Positions 10,025-19,125 are shown, counted from the stretch's first letter. The stretch: DNA of 64,000 nucleotides from Candidatus Kapaibacteriota bacterium (GCA_046595995.1 JBKJNB010000160.1:2032-66031); one strand, 5' to 3'. Notes: generated by a model from the sequence alone, not told the origin. A program made the numbers and translations.

Positions 10025-10495
10025 ATGTCCACGCCAGACCGCACCATACGACCCATTGTCACGAATCGTAAAGCACTTCACGATTATGAAGTGCTGCAAC
10101 GTATCGAATGTGGTATAGTGCTCACAGGCACCGAAGTAAAATCGTTGCGCGCCGGCAAGGTTGCGATGACCGATGCGTACGCGATTTTTCCGTCGAGGCG
10201 CACGGATGAACTTATGCTCATCGGACTGCACATTAATCCGTACGACTTTGGCAATCGCGAAAACCATATTTCAACACGCGAACGTAAACTCCTACTGCAT
10301 GCGCAAGAACTGAAGAAGCTTCGTATAGGGGTCGAGGAAAAGGGGCTCACGCTTATTCCCCTTGCGTTGTACTTTACAGGTCCGCACGTGAAAGTCGAAC
10401 TCGGCCTCGTCCGCGGTAAGAAGACTTACGACAAGCGCGCGTCGCTTAAAGAGCGAGAAACAGATCGTGAAATGAAGAGGGCGAGAGAAGAATGA
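10025..10495 (+). CDS. smpB: SsrA-binding protein SmpB
   Basis: ATG at 10025 gives MSTPDRTIRPIVTNRKALHDYEVL...GTEVKSLR...K. The ...KARHDYEI / GTEVKS... pattern is the SmpB hallmark. Basic C-terminal tail. Confidence 0.85.
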   Translation: MSTPDRTIRPIVTNRKALHDYEVLQRIECGIVLTGTEVKSLRAGKVAMTDAYAIFPSRRTDELMLIGLHINPYDFGNRENHISTRERKLLLHAQELKKLRIGVEEKGLTLIPLALYFTGPHVKVELGLVRGKKTYDKRASLKERETDREMKRAREE

Positions 10496-11706
10496 ATTTC
10501 CCTTCTCCAAAAGAACAACTCGACATCATTCGGCAGAACGTTGTTGATCTTCTGCCTGAAGACGAACTTGTTCGCAAACTGGAACGCTCACACAAAAGCG
10601 GGAAGCCCCTTACCGTAAAGCTAGGACTCGACCCGAGCCGTCCAGACATCCACATCGGCCACGCCGTGGTGCTCGGCAAACTCCGCCAGTTTCAGGACCT
10701 CGGCCATCGTATCGTGCTCATCATCGGCGACTTCACCGCCATGATTGGGGACCCGACGGGCAAGTCGAAGACACGTCCCGCGCTGACCCTTCAAGAGACC
10801 CGTGACAACGGCGCTACATACGTTGACCAGGCATCGGTCGTTCTAGATAAGAACAAAACAGAAGTAGTCTACAATAGCACCTGGCTCGACGCATTGTCGT
10901 TTAGAGAAGTCATTGCGCTTACAGCGAAGTACACGGTTGCACAAATCCTCGAACGCGATGATTTCACAAAGCGCTACCGCGCAGGTGAACCTATCAGCAT
11001 GCATGAATTCATGTATCCCCTCTCGCAGGCATACGATTCGGTTGCGATAAAAAGCGACATCGAACTTGGTGGCACCGATCAGAAGTTTAATCTGTTGGTC
11101 GGACGTGAGATTATGCGCGCGTACGGACACGAACCGCAGTGCATTCTAACGATGCCGATTCTCGAAGGCACTGATGGCGTCGAGAAAATGAGCAAGTCGC
11201 TCGACAACTATATCGGCGTCACCGACTCCCCTCGCGACATGTTCGGCAAGACAATGTCCGTTCCAGACGCTTTAATCCCCCGCTATCTGCAATACGCTTG
11301 CAATGCATCGGCTGCTGAAGTCGAAGGCGTGAGTAAGGGGCTTTCCGAAGGGTCTATGCATCCACGTCAGGCAAAGGTCGACCTCGCAAAGCGTGTGGTG
11401 GCGCGCTTCCACGGTCAGACAGCAGCTGAAGCAGCATTCGCAGAATTCGAACGCATCTTCGTGAAGAAAGACGTCCCCGACAACATCGCCGACTTTGCAG
11501 TAGTAGGTTCATCGATTAACATCATCGACTTGTTAATGCAAGCAAAACTGGTTGCATCCAAGAGCGATGCGCGTAGACTTATTGAACAGGGTGGTTTACA
11601 GATCGACGGCGCGAAGATCACCGACATTGCACACCTGATTGATCTTGCTGAACCGCATGTTGTTAAAGCGGGAAAGTTAAAGTTCGTTCGCGTCCTTCGC
11701 ACGTGA
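10492..11706 (+). CDS. tyrS: tyrosyl-tRNA synthetase
   Basis: 404 aa. HIGH motif (PDIHIGHAVV), KMSKS motif and a C-terminal S4-like domain. Overlaps the smpB stop (ATGA). Confidence 0.9.
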   Translation: MNFPSPKEQLDIIRQNVVDLLPEDELVRKLERSHKSGKPLTVKLGLDPSRPDIHIGHAVVLGKLRQFQDLGHRIVLIIGDFTAMIGDPTGKSKTRPALTLQETRDNGATYVDQASVVLDKNKTEVVYNSTWLDALSFREVIALTAKYTVAQILERDDFTKRYRAGEPISMHEFMYPLSQAYDSVAIKSDIELGGTDQKFNLLVGREIMRAYGHEPQCILTMPILEGTDGVEKMSKSLDNYIGVTDSPRDMFGKTMSVPDALIPRYLQYACNASAAEVEGVSKGLSEGSMHPRQAKVDLAKRVVARFHGQTAAEAAFAEFERIFVKKDVPDNIADFAVVGSSINIIDLLMQAKLVASKSDARRLIEQGGLQIDGAKITDIAHLIDLAEPHVVKAGKLKFVRVLRT

Positions 11707-11736
11707 CGTTGTTCTTCATAAGTAACATTATTTAGC

Positions 11737-12480
11737 ATGAAGCCCTTTGCCGTTACATCGTGGGACTTGACCGGCGAAGAGAACATGCGTCGCGACATGG
11801 CGCTCGTTGCTACCGCAAAGACACAGCCATCGGTAATGCGGCTGTATACGTGGGACCCGTGGTGTGTTTCACTCGGACATAATCAGAACGGAAATGTCAT
11901 CGATGACCGCTTGTTGCGCGAGCAAGGATGGGATCTCGTGCGACGTCCGACCGGCGGACGTGCCGTGTTGCACGCAGAAGAACTCACCTACTGCATAGCC
12001 GTGCCACAAGGCGAGGGCGTAAAGCCTCGTGCGGTCTACCAACAAATCCACGAGCAGCTCCTTGCGGCTCTGCAGACCCTTGTCCCTGGACTTTCCTTCG
12101 AAGAATCACCGTCCGATCTACGTCATCACTACGCCACGGCCGGTGCATCTGCTGCATCGTGTTTTACGAGTAGTGCTCGCACAGAGATCATGTTCAACGG
12201 CAAGAAGGTCGTTGGCAGTGCGCAACGCACCATCGATGGCGTCATACTCCAGCACGGCAGCATCCTGACGGGTCCGGCACATACTAACATTGTTGACGTT
12301 CTCGTCGCAACGCCAACAGAACGTGAATCTGTTGCCGCAGACATACAGAAAAGCGCAGTGTCATTATCAGAAGCTGCGGGTAGAGTCATTACTGCTGAAG
12401 ATGCAGCGGAAGCGATTACTGCTTACTTCAAGACGACGAATGGGGTTGCCTTGCCGGTGCGCTCAGATATGAGCAGATAG
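11737..12480 (+). CDS. lipoate-protein ligase / octanoyltransferase family protein (BPL_LplA_LipB domain)
   Basis: 247 aa with RRPTGGRAVLHAEELTYCIAV (RRxTGGxAVxHd... of LplA/LipM-type ligases) and a lysine in ...FNGKKVVGSAQR. Confidence 0.55.
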   Translation: MKPFAVTSWDLTGEENMRRDMALVATAKTQPSVMRLYTWDPWCVSLGHNQNGNVIDDRLLREQGWDLVRRPTGGRAVLHAEELTYCIAVPQGEGVKPRAVYQQIHEQLLAALQTLVPGLSFEESPSDLRHHYATAGASAASCFTSSARTEIMFNGKKVVGSAQRTIDGVILQHGSILTGPAHTNIVDVLVATPTERESVAADIQKSAVSLSEAAGRVITAEDAAEAITAYFKTTNGVALPVRSDMSR

Positions 12481-13076
12481 TAGCCTGGTAGTTCGCCAGT
12501 CCATCGACAGGTGCCATCTAAGCTAGCGACAACACTTGCAATTGTCGTTCCCATTGCGTTGCAGACTTTCCAACCTTCCATTTCGCGACCACACCAACGA
12601 AGTTCGCCTTGTGTAGGGTTGGGGTGTGGAACGCAGTTTGCGTTGTCATCAAGCTTTGTCGAAACGCAAATGGCACCTTCTAGTCGCAGACTAATCCTGT
12701 TGCCACTGTCGGTCGTCACGATAAGTGTGTCCTCGTATTCGATGTGACTCCCAGATTGAGGAGCCCATACAACGGTTACAACGAATGGATTTGTCGGTGT
12801 TGCGCTGTACGGAAGTTGCTGTGGCAACAGGCGAAATGCCGTTGCGCTAGAACACTCTACGCTGACAATGTTTACTTCGGGCCAGATTGTTCGAAACTCG
12901 ATTGCTTGTGTATCAGCTACCCAGTTATCGTCGCACAGAATGAAGCCCACGTATCTATCGCACAATAATCCGGATGCCGGAAAGGTGCCCGTGCCTTGAA
13001 AGTGTAACCGCCTCCGCCCTAGTGTTTGTGAAAACAGCGTCGAAATACAAAGGGACACCTTTGGAAGCCACTGCAA
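12423..13076 (-). CDS. T9SS C-terminal-sorting-domain protein; the N-terminus is probably frameshifted relative to a signal-peptide ORF at 13161-13102
   Basis: The C-terminal ~75 aa (CVPHPNPTQGELRWCG...GTTIASVVASLDGTCRWTGELPGYYLLISERTGKATPFVVLK) fit the Por/T9SS sorting domain pattern (PNP...G.Y......K.V.K). The ORF starts at a TTG and has no convincing signal peptide of its own. Confidence 0.5.
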   Translation of the reverse strand: MQWLPKVSLCISTLFSQTLGRRRLHFQGTGTFPASGLLCDRYVGFILCDDNWVADTQAIEFRTIWPEVNIVSVECSSATAFRLLPQQLPYSATPTNPFVVTVVWAPQSGSHIEYEDTLIVTTDSGNRISLRLEGAICVSTKLDDNANCVPHPNPTQGELRWCGREMEGWKVCNAMGTTIASVVASLDGTCRWTGELPGYYLLISERTGKATPFVVLK

Positions 13077-13101
13077 TGCTAAACTGGTTCGGCTGCAAGG
13101 T

Positions 13102-13161
13102 CTAAGCGCTCGACCCTACAACGAACACGCATAGAATGAACAGTAACAAGCATGTCTTCAT
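13102..13161 (-). pseudogene. orphan signal-peptide ORF (MKTCLLLFILCVFVVGSSA-stop), out of frame with the downstream T9SS-domain ORF; likely the 5' end of a frameshifted gene
   Basis: The ATG at 13161 encodes a classic Sec signal peptide that terminates at the TAG at 13104-13102. The downstream T9SS ORF frame is open from 13115. A single 1-nt indel between 13102 and 13161 would fuse them. Confidence 0.4.
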
Positions 13162-13192
13162 GGTAAACATTCTTAGTCAATGAATCTAAGGT

Positions 13193-14848
13193 TTAATGCG
13201 GCATGAACGCCTGTACACCCGGACCCAACGGCAGTCCCGTGTACAGCCACACGAGCAACAGTACCGTCCATGCGATTCCGAAAACAATAGAATAAGGGAT
13301 CATGGTGCTAATCATGGTGCCGACGCTTGCGTTGGGTACGTACCGCCGCGCAGCCATGATGACGATTGGCAGATACGGCAGCAGTGGCGATGTGCAGTTG
13401 CCCACGGAGTCACCGATGCGGTAGGTGGCCTGCACTGCTTCGGGCGTAAAGCCCATGAGCATGAACATGGGAATGAAGACAGGCGCTAGGATTGCCCACT
13501 TCGCAGAAGCACTACCGATTAGGAGATCGACGAGGACAGAGAAGCCCACAAATGCGACAAGGAGTAAGGGTCCGGAAAGGTGCAGCGCTGTTAATACATT
13601 CGCACCGCTGACTGCAGTAATAATGCCGAGGTTCGACCATTTAAAGTATGCAACGAATTGCGAGATAATAAACGCTAGTACGATGTACGTGCCCATTGTG
13701 GACATGCCATCGCCCATCATCCTGGCGGCATCGCGATCACTGCGGATTGTACGAGCAACCCACCCGTATGTAAGGCCGCAAAGAAAGAATGTCGCGGTTG
13801 CGATGACGACGATGCTTTGGAAGAACGGACGCAGCGTGTTTTCTGCGTCGCGCAGGACACCGTAGTCGGGTACAATAAGCGCGAGTGTCGCAATGACACA
13901 GATGATAAATGTAATTAGTGTTGCCCGCAGTGCTCGACGTTGTCGTACAGGATCTAGAGCAGATGGTTCATTTGCGCCTGCGTTGTTGGACATCGCCCCG
14001 GTGTTGTCGGACAGCGCACCGACGTTGTCGGACATCGCCCTGGCGTTGCCGGACAGCGCACCGACGTTTCCAGACCACACACCAAGTCGTGGCTCAACAA
14101 TCTTTGTGGTAATAAGTGTGCCGCTAATCGTTATGAGAAATGCCGATGCAGTCATGAAGTAATAGTTAGCCGTTGCTTCGACGACATACGTCGGAACGAC
14201 AACTCTTGCCGCCTCTTGGGAGAGTGCGCCAAGTAGCACATCCAGGGCCGTAACGAATACGCTTGCTGAAAAGCCCCCTGCGACCCCTGCAAAAGCAGCG
14301 GCGAGTCCAGCAATCGGGTGACGTCCGACCGACGCAAACACCAACGCTCCAAGCGGCGGCAGAATGATGAAGCCGGCGTCACCTGCAATGGCACTGTTCA
14401 CGCCGATGAAAACGAGTACTGCCGGAAGGATCAATGGAGGTACTGAACGCACAGACGAGCGAAGCAAGGCTGATAGGAGTCCGCTACGTTCTGCGACCGC
14501 AATACCAAGAACCGTAAAGAGTACAACGCCCAGTGGGGCGAACGAGGTGAAATTTGGTATGGCTTCGAGGAACATCCTTCGGAGTCCGGGTGCCGACAAC
14601 AGATTGAACGCGTAGGCATGTTCTCCCGTCCCGGGATGCTCTACAATAACACCAATCCACGATGCAATAGCGGACACGATAACAACGAGGATTGCCAAGC
14701 CAAGAAAGAGCGTAACCGGGTTCGGAAGACGATTGCCGATGCGCTCGACAGTGTCGAGGTAGCGAAAGAGGAGGGAGCGTTTTTTTCTAGGGTCACCTGT
14801 GTTCATTTGTGCATTAATACGGTTCTTGTGGTCCAATACCGAATTCAA
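13193..14848 (-). CDS. abgT: AbgT-family transporter (p-aminobenzoyl-glutamate / antimetabolite transporter family)
   Basis: The run LDTVERIGNRLPNPVTLFLGLAILVVIVSAI...FAPLGVVL...ILPPLGALVFASVGRHPIAGLAAAFAGVAGGFSAS...EPRLGVW... is collinear with E. coli AbgT (WVERIGNKVPHPF...MPPMGALIFLAVGRHPVAGL...EPRLGQW). Start is either the TTG at 14848 or the ATG at 14806. Confidence 0.8.
   Translation of the reverse strand: MNSVLDHKNRINAQMNTGDPRKKRSLLFRYLDTVERIGNRLPNPVTLFLGLAILVVIVSAIASWIGVIVEHPGTGEHAYAFNLLSAPGLRRMFLEAIPNFTSFAPLGVVLFTVLGIAVAERSGLLSALLRSSVRSVPPLILPAVLVFIGVNSAIAGDAGFIILPPLGALVFASVGRHPIAGLAAAFAGVAGGFSASVFVTALDVLLGALSQEAARVVVPTYVVEATANYYFMTASAFLITISGTLITTKIVEPRLGVWSGNVGALSGNARAMSDNVGALSDNTGAMSNNAGANEPSALDPVRQRRALRATLITFIICVIATLALIVPDYGVLRDAENTLRPFFQSIVVIATATFFLCGLTYGWVARTIRSDRDAARMMGDGMSTMGTYIVLAFIISQFVAYFKWSNLGIITAVSGANVLTALHLSGPLLLVAFVGFSVLVDLLIGSASAKWAILAPVFIPMFMLMGFTPEAVQATYRIGDSVGNCTSPLLPYLPIVIMAARRYVPNASVGTMISTMIPYSIVFGIAWTVLLLVWLYTGLPLGPGVQAFMPH
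13967..14071. repeat. in-frame 21-bp tandem repeat (42-bp higher-order unit, ~4.5 copies) inside the abgT-family gene
   Basis: GGACATCGCCCCGGTGTTGTC / GGACAGCGCACCGACGTTGTC / GGACATCGCCCTGGCGTTGCC / GGACAGCGCACCGACGTTTCC. These encode the peptide repeat GNVGALSGNARAMSDNVGALSDNTGAMSNNAGAN, inserted after EPRLGVWS at the loop that is short in E. coli AbgT. Confidence 0.85.
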
Positions 14849-14854
14849 TTTATC

Positions 14855-15008
14855 CCATCTGTTTTTCTGCCATTATCGCCGCTGCTTTTCCCCCATTATC
14901 GCACCTGCTTTTTCCCCATTATCGCACCTGCTTTTTCCCCATTATTGCACCTGCTTTTTCCCCACTATTGCACCTGCTTTTTCCCCATTATGATACCTAT
15001 TTTTTTGG
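14855..15008. repeat. tandem direct repeat, 23-bp period, about 6.5 copies, filling the divergent intergenic region
   Basis: Units start at 14871, 14894, 14917, 14940, 14963 and 14986 (CATTATCGCACCTGCTTTTTCCC consensus, exact 23-nt spacing), with a partial degenerate unit at 14855-14870. The last unit decays into TGATACCTATTTTTTTGG. Confidence 0.9.
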
Positions 15009-15074
15009 TATTATTGCACTCCAATCGTTGGCTCACTGCACAGTAATGAATTTTTAAATGAACGTAAGTGTCTT

Positions 15075-16346
15075 ATGGAAAAGATAGATAAAGAATATCG
15101 TCCACGGCTTGTGGATAGTGAAATCCTAGAAAGCTTGGCGCTGTCTGGAGCTGTCGTTATTGAAGGTCCAAAAGCGTGTGGTAAAACGATGTCGGCGGCG
15201 CGTATTTCGGGGAGCATTTTTCGCGTGGATTTAGACTTCTTAACCAACTCTGCGGTAGCTGCGTGGCCAGAACTGGTTCTTGATGGAGAGACACCACGAC
15301 TGATCGATGAATGGCAGACTGTGTCTGAAATTTGGAATCGTGTTCGGAGGGCCGTCGATGATAGGGGTCTGTTCAGCCAGTTCATCCTAACGGGATCTGC
15401 CTCGCCTGCCGATGACATCACGCGTCATTCCGGTGCGGGGCGGTTCAGTCGATTGCGCATGCGGACGCTCACGACGTTTGAAGCGGGTGAATCTACAGGT
15501 GCGGTTTCTCTTGGTACGCTGCTCGAGGGATCTGACATTGGGAAAGGGCAGGCCAAGATGTCATTCGATGTTTTGGTAGATCTGATCGTCGGCGGGGGCT
15601 GGCCAACCAACATTGGCCTTTCAACGAAAGCCTCCGCGCGTCGCGTCCGTAATTACCTGGAGGAGTCGACGCGCATTGATGTTGCTCAGCCCGATACAAA
15701 TACGAAAGGGCGCGATCCAAGAAAAGTCAAAGCCGTCATTCAATCTCTGGCGAGAGGTATTGGTTCATCCATGGCCATCAGTACAATTCGTTCTGATGTC
15801 AAATCATTTGGTATCGAGATCAATGAGAAAACCATTGATAGCTACCTCGATGCATTGCAGCGTGTGATGCTCATCGATTATGTGCCTGCGTGGGCTGTTC
15901 ATCTGCGATCCAGTGCGCGCCTGCGCACAAAGCCGAAACACTACTTCGCTGATCCATCATTAGCAGTTGCTGTACTGAATGCATCACCCGAGTTGATGCG
16001 CAAGGACCTGCGACTCCTCGGCTTGCTATTCGAAAACCTCGTGATGCGTGACCTCTTCGTATACGCGCAGCACAACAACGCGGAGGTATCGTTCTATCGA
16101 GACAGCAACGGCCTTGAAGTCGACGCCATCATCGAACAGGAAGGTGGGAACTGGATTGCCGTCGAGATCAAGCTCGGGTCAACTGCGGTGGATGACGCGG
16201 CGGAGTCGCTCAAACGCTTTGCAGCCAGCGTCGATACAACGTACAAGGGCGAGGCTGCCGCATTGGTAGTTGTAACTGGCAACGGATACTATTACAAGCG
16301 GGACGATGGCGTGATCGTTGTGCCCCTCGGTGCGTTGGGAGCATGA
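15075..16346 (+). CDS. COG1373-type AAA+ ATPase (AAA_14 domain + DUF4143)
   Basis: 423 aa. Walker A GPKACGKT near the N-terminus, Walker B-like LIDEWQ, an arginine-finger region and a C-terminal ...GNWIAVEIKLGS... typical of the DUF4143 restriction-endonuclease-like fold. The first ~150 nt are visibly AT-richer than flanking genes. Confidence 0.7.
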   Translation: MEKIDKEYRPRLVDSEILESLALSGAVVIEGPKACGKTMSAARISGSIFRVDLDFLTNSAVAAWPELVLDGETPRLIDEWQTVSEIWNRVRRAVDDRGLFSQFILTGSASPADDITRHSGAGRFSRLRMRTLTTFEAGESTGAVSLGTLLEGSDIGKGQAKMSFDVLVDLIVGGGWPTNIGLSTKASARRVRNYLEESTRIDVAQPDTNTKGRDPRKVKAVIQSLARGIGSSMAISTIRSDVKSFGIEINEKTIDSYLDALQRVMLIDYVPAWAVHLRSSARLRTKPKHYFADPSLAVAVLNASPELMRKDLRLLGLLFENLVMRDLFVYAQHNNAEVSFYRDSNGLEVDAIIEQEGGNWIAVEIKLGSTAVDDAAESLKRFAASVDTTYKGEAAALVVVTGNGYYYKRDDGVIVVPLGALGA

Positions 16347-16394
16347 CGACAGTGATACGGGGTAACACACATACACGCACTCTTTCTTCAGGTT

Positions 16395-17282
16395 TCACGC
16401 TACTGGCTCGAGCGGACGCACCACGGTAATGCCGGTATTCGACTTAACGGAGTTTACATACTCCCCTACGCGGACGTCGAGGAGAACTTTCTTCTTTTGC
16501 GAAGATGCATGCAGAAAGCGCGCATCGCCATCCGCGGCACGATAGATGAGACCCGTGTGCGAATAGTCGAGTCCGTCTTTTGATGTGGAGATGGCAATGA
16601 TGTCACCCGTATTGAGATGCGGTTCGACAACTTCAATGCGGTCCTTCGGAATGTAATAACGCATGCGAGCGTTGACTTGCTTTTCTATTTCTGCAATCTG
16701 CTCGGTGGCTGCGGTGTCTCCCTTTAGTTGTTTGTAGTACTGAGGGTGTGTGGACATAAAGTTCACCGTAATTGGCAAGATGATGCCACCTAGGTCGCGC
16801 GTGATGTCTTGCACTACGCCCTTTGCCACGTTGTCATCAATCCAGTCGCTGGTGTAGTGAAGGCGCGACGGATAGCCGTCGAGGACGCCCTGCCTATAAC
16901 GCGTTAATGTAATCTCGTTTATCAATGCATCGAACGTGTACTCCTTGCGCTTAATGATGCGTGCCATTCCCAACACACTTTCGAACAGCGTAACACAGTC
17001 CAATCCTGTGAGATCAATGCGACACATTTCAGGTTCACCTTCGAGTGTACCTCCAACGTAGGGTGTGCCTTGCAACAGAATGGCAATGTCCCCCATTAAC
17101 TCACCGATAGGTTTACGATGCCAGTTGTTTTTCGCTGCTCTGCGCATCGCTTGCGCGAAGATATACTTCGTCGTTGCGTACGTGTCGGTGTTCTTCTTGC
17201 GTGTACGGCGCAAGGACTGACCCCATGCGGTACCCGCAAGTGGTGCTATGGAGAGCAAGGCGATGAAATGACGTCTCTTCAT
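16395..17282 (-). CDS. secreted hypothetical protein (possibly DUF1460-like)
   Basis: 295 aa. N-terminal twin-arginine-like signal MKRRHFIALLSIAPLAGTAWG. Candidate catalytic Cys in GLDCVTLFESVLG. Family assignment is tentative. Confidence 0.4.
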   Translation of the reverse strand: MKRRHFIALLSIAPLAGTAWGQSLRRTRKKNTDTYATTKYIFAQAMRRAAKNNWHRKPIGELMGDIAILLQGTPYVGGTLEGEPEMCRIDLTGLDCVTLFESVLGMARIIKRKEYTFDALINEITLTRYRQGVLDGYPSRLHYTSDWIDDNVAKGVVQDITRDLGGIILPITVNFMSTHPQYYKQLKGDTAATEQIAEIEKQVNARMRYYIPKDRIEVVEPHLNTGDIIAISTSKDGLDYSHTGLIYRAADGDARFLHASSQKKKVLLDVRVGEYVNSVKSNTGITVVRPLEPVA

Positions 17283-17283
17283 G

Positions 17284-19098
17284 TTATTCAGATTTTCCGT
17301 CTGTGCCAGCAGCGACGGTGGTGATGCCCAGTGTCTTGAGTTGCGTTGCGTCTACGGGCGTCGGACATCCATCCATTAGGGACAGGCCAGACGTTGTCTT
17401 TGGAAACGCGATTACATCACGGATGTTGTCCGTACCCGCTAGCAGCATCACCAATCGATCGAACCCAAACGCAATGCCTCCGTGTGGCGGTGCGCCGAAT
17501 TTCAGCGCATCGAGAAGGAATCCAAACTTGCCCTGCGCTTCTTCTTTCGACATTCCTAACAAGTCAAATATCTTCGATTGCACATCACTGCGATGTATCC
17601 GTATTGAACCACCTGCGGCCTCATATCCGTTAATCACCAAGTCGTACGCTTGAGCACGCGCATGATTCGGATCGGTGTCGAGCAGAGGTACATCTTCCGG
17701 TAAGGGGCTAGTAAAGGGATGATGCCGAGCAACCCATCGCTTCTCTTCTTCTGCATACTCTAGAAGCGGAAAATCTGTTACCCACGTAAGCGCATACTGA
17801 CCCTTTACTGCATCGAGTATGCCCTGACGTCGCGCGACTTCTGTGCGCAATGCGCCAAGAATGAGACACGTGCGTTCATGCTCACCTGCCGCAAACAGCA
17901 ACAAGTCTCCGTCCTCTCCACCGGCGCTGGCGAAAAACTCCATCGAATGCGCAGGCAGCAGTTCGATATCTGCTGAACGTGGTATGTACTTAATGAATGA
18001 TCCAGTAACAACGCCGTCTTGCATCTTCAGCCAAGGCAGCCCCTTGGCGCCGTACTTCTTTGCGTGTTCTGTGAGCTCGTCAATCTGCTTGCGAGAGTAT
18101 CCAGCGCAACCCTTTGCATTGAATATCTTGACGACGCCACTGGCAGCAATGGCCTCAGTGAAGACCACAAAGCCGGTCGCGCCACTTGCGGACGTCACAT
18201 CGTGCAGTGGGAGTGCATAACGCAAATCGGGTTTGTCGCTGCCAAACGTGTCCATGGCATGTTGCCACGTCATGCGCTGTAGCGGAATTTGCAAATCGAC
18301 ATCAAGGATGTCTTTCCATACGCCGGCAACGAAGCGTTCGGCGATGGCAATGACGTCTTCTTGCGTAACGAAGGACATTTCGACGTCGATCTGTGTGAAT
18401 TCTGGCTGACGGTCTGCGCGCAGGTCCTCATCCCTAAAACATTTTACGATTTGCATGTAGCGGTCGAACCCCGCTACCATTAACAATTGTTTGAAGAGCT
18501 GTGGCGACTGCGGCAAAGCGTAGAACTTGCCTTTATTGACGCGACTAGGCACGAGATAATCACGTGCGCCCTCTGGTGTCGACTTCGTTAACACGGGTGT
18601 CTCAATCTCAACAAAGTTATTGTTTTCGAAGTAACGATGTGTGAGTTGATAAAGTTTGTTACGAATGAGGAAGTTCTTCTGCATCGCCGGACGTCGCAGG
18701 TCGAGGAAACGATACGTTAAGCGCATCTCTTCATTCGTTTGCAAATCGTCCACGATTTCGAACGGCGTGAGTTCAGCAGGATTAATAACACCCAGGTCGG
18801 TAACAAGAATTTCAATGAGCCCAGTGGGCATGTTCGGGTTCGGGTTCGAGCGCATTCGCACGGTGCCACGCACCCACAACACAAACTCGCTACGGATGTC
18901 TCTAGCCTTCTCGGCAAGTGCGGCATCCTCTTCCGGAAGGATTACAACCTGCGTGAGACCGTAGCGGTCGCGCACGTCAATGAACGTCAGTCCGCCAAAG
19001 TCGCGACGTCCGTTCACCCATCCGTTAATCGTAACAACCTTGCCTGCGTCCGACGGACGTAGATCTCCGCACGTTACCGTGCGCTGTTCAAACTGCAT
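17284..19098 (-). CDS. aspS: aspartyl-tRNA synthetase
   Basis: 604 aa. N-terminal OB fold (VTINGWVNGRRDFGGLTFIDVRDRYGLTQVV), class II motifs (FRDEDLRADRQPEFTQID; GGSIRIH; the GFDRLVMLL motif). Confidence 0.92.
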   Translation of the reverse strand: MQFEQRTVTCGDLRPSDAGKVVTINGWVNGRRDFGGLTFIDVRDRYGLTQVVILPEEDAALAEKARDIRSEFVLWVRGTVRMRSNPNPNMPTGLIEILVTDLGVINPAELTPFEIVDDLQTNEEMRLTYRFLDLRRPAMQKNFLIRNKLYQLTHRYFENNNFVEIETPVLTKSTPEGARDYLVPSRVNKGKFYALPQSPQLFKQLLMVAGFDRYMQIVKCFRDEDLRADRQPEFTQIDVEMSFVTQEDVIAIAERFVAGVWKDILDVDLQIPLQRMTWQHAMDTFGSDKPDLRYALPLHDVTSASGATGFVVFTEAIAASGVVKIFNAKGCAGYSRKQIDELTEHAKKYGAKGLPWLKMQDGVVTGSFIKYIPRSADIELLPAHSMEFFASAGGEDGDLLLFAAGEHERTCLILGALRTEVARRQGILDAVKGQYALTWVTDFPLLEYAEEEKRWVARHHPFTSPLPEDVPLLDTDPNHARAQAYDLVINGYEAAGGSIRIHRSDVQSKIFDLLGMSKEEAQGKFGFLLDALKFGAPPHGGIAFGFDRLVMLLAGTDNIRDVIAFPKTTSGLSLMDGCPTPVDATQLKTLGITTVAAGTDGKSE

Positions 19099-19125
19099 AG
19101 TGTACTCTTGACATAGACCGTGAAT

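Noticed and set aside
14855-15008. Possible CRISPR array
   Set aside because: Units are contiguous (23-bp period) with no unique spacers, the repeat is too short, and there are no cas genes. It is a minisatellite-type tandem repeat.
14618-15046. 142-aa + strand ORF (…PIIAPAFSPLLHLLFPHYRTCFFPIIAP…) and the overlapping 14799-14993 ORF
   Set aside because: The peptide repeats simply mirror the 23-bp DNA tandem repeat, and the ORF runs antisense through the abgT-family gene start. It is an artefact of repetitive DNA, not a gene.
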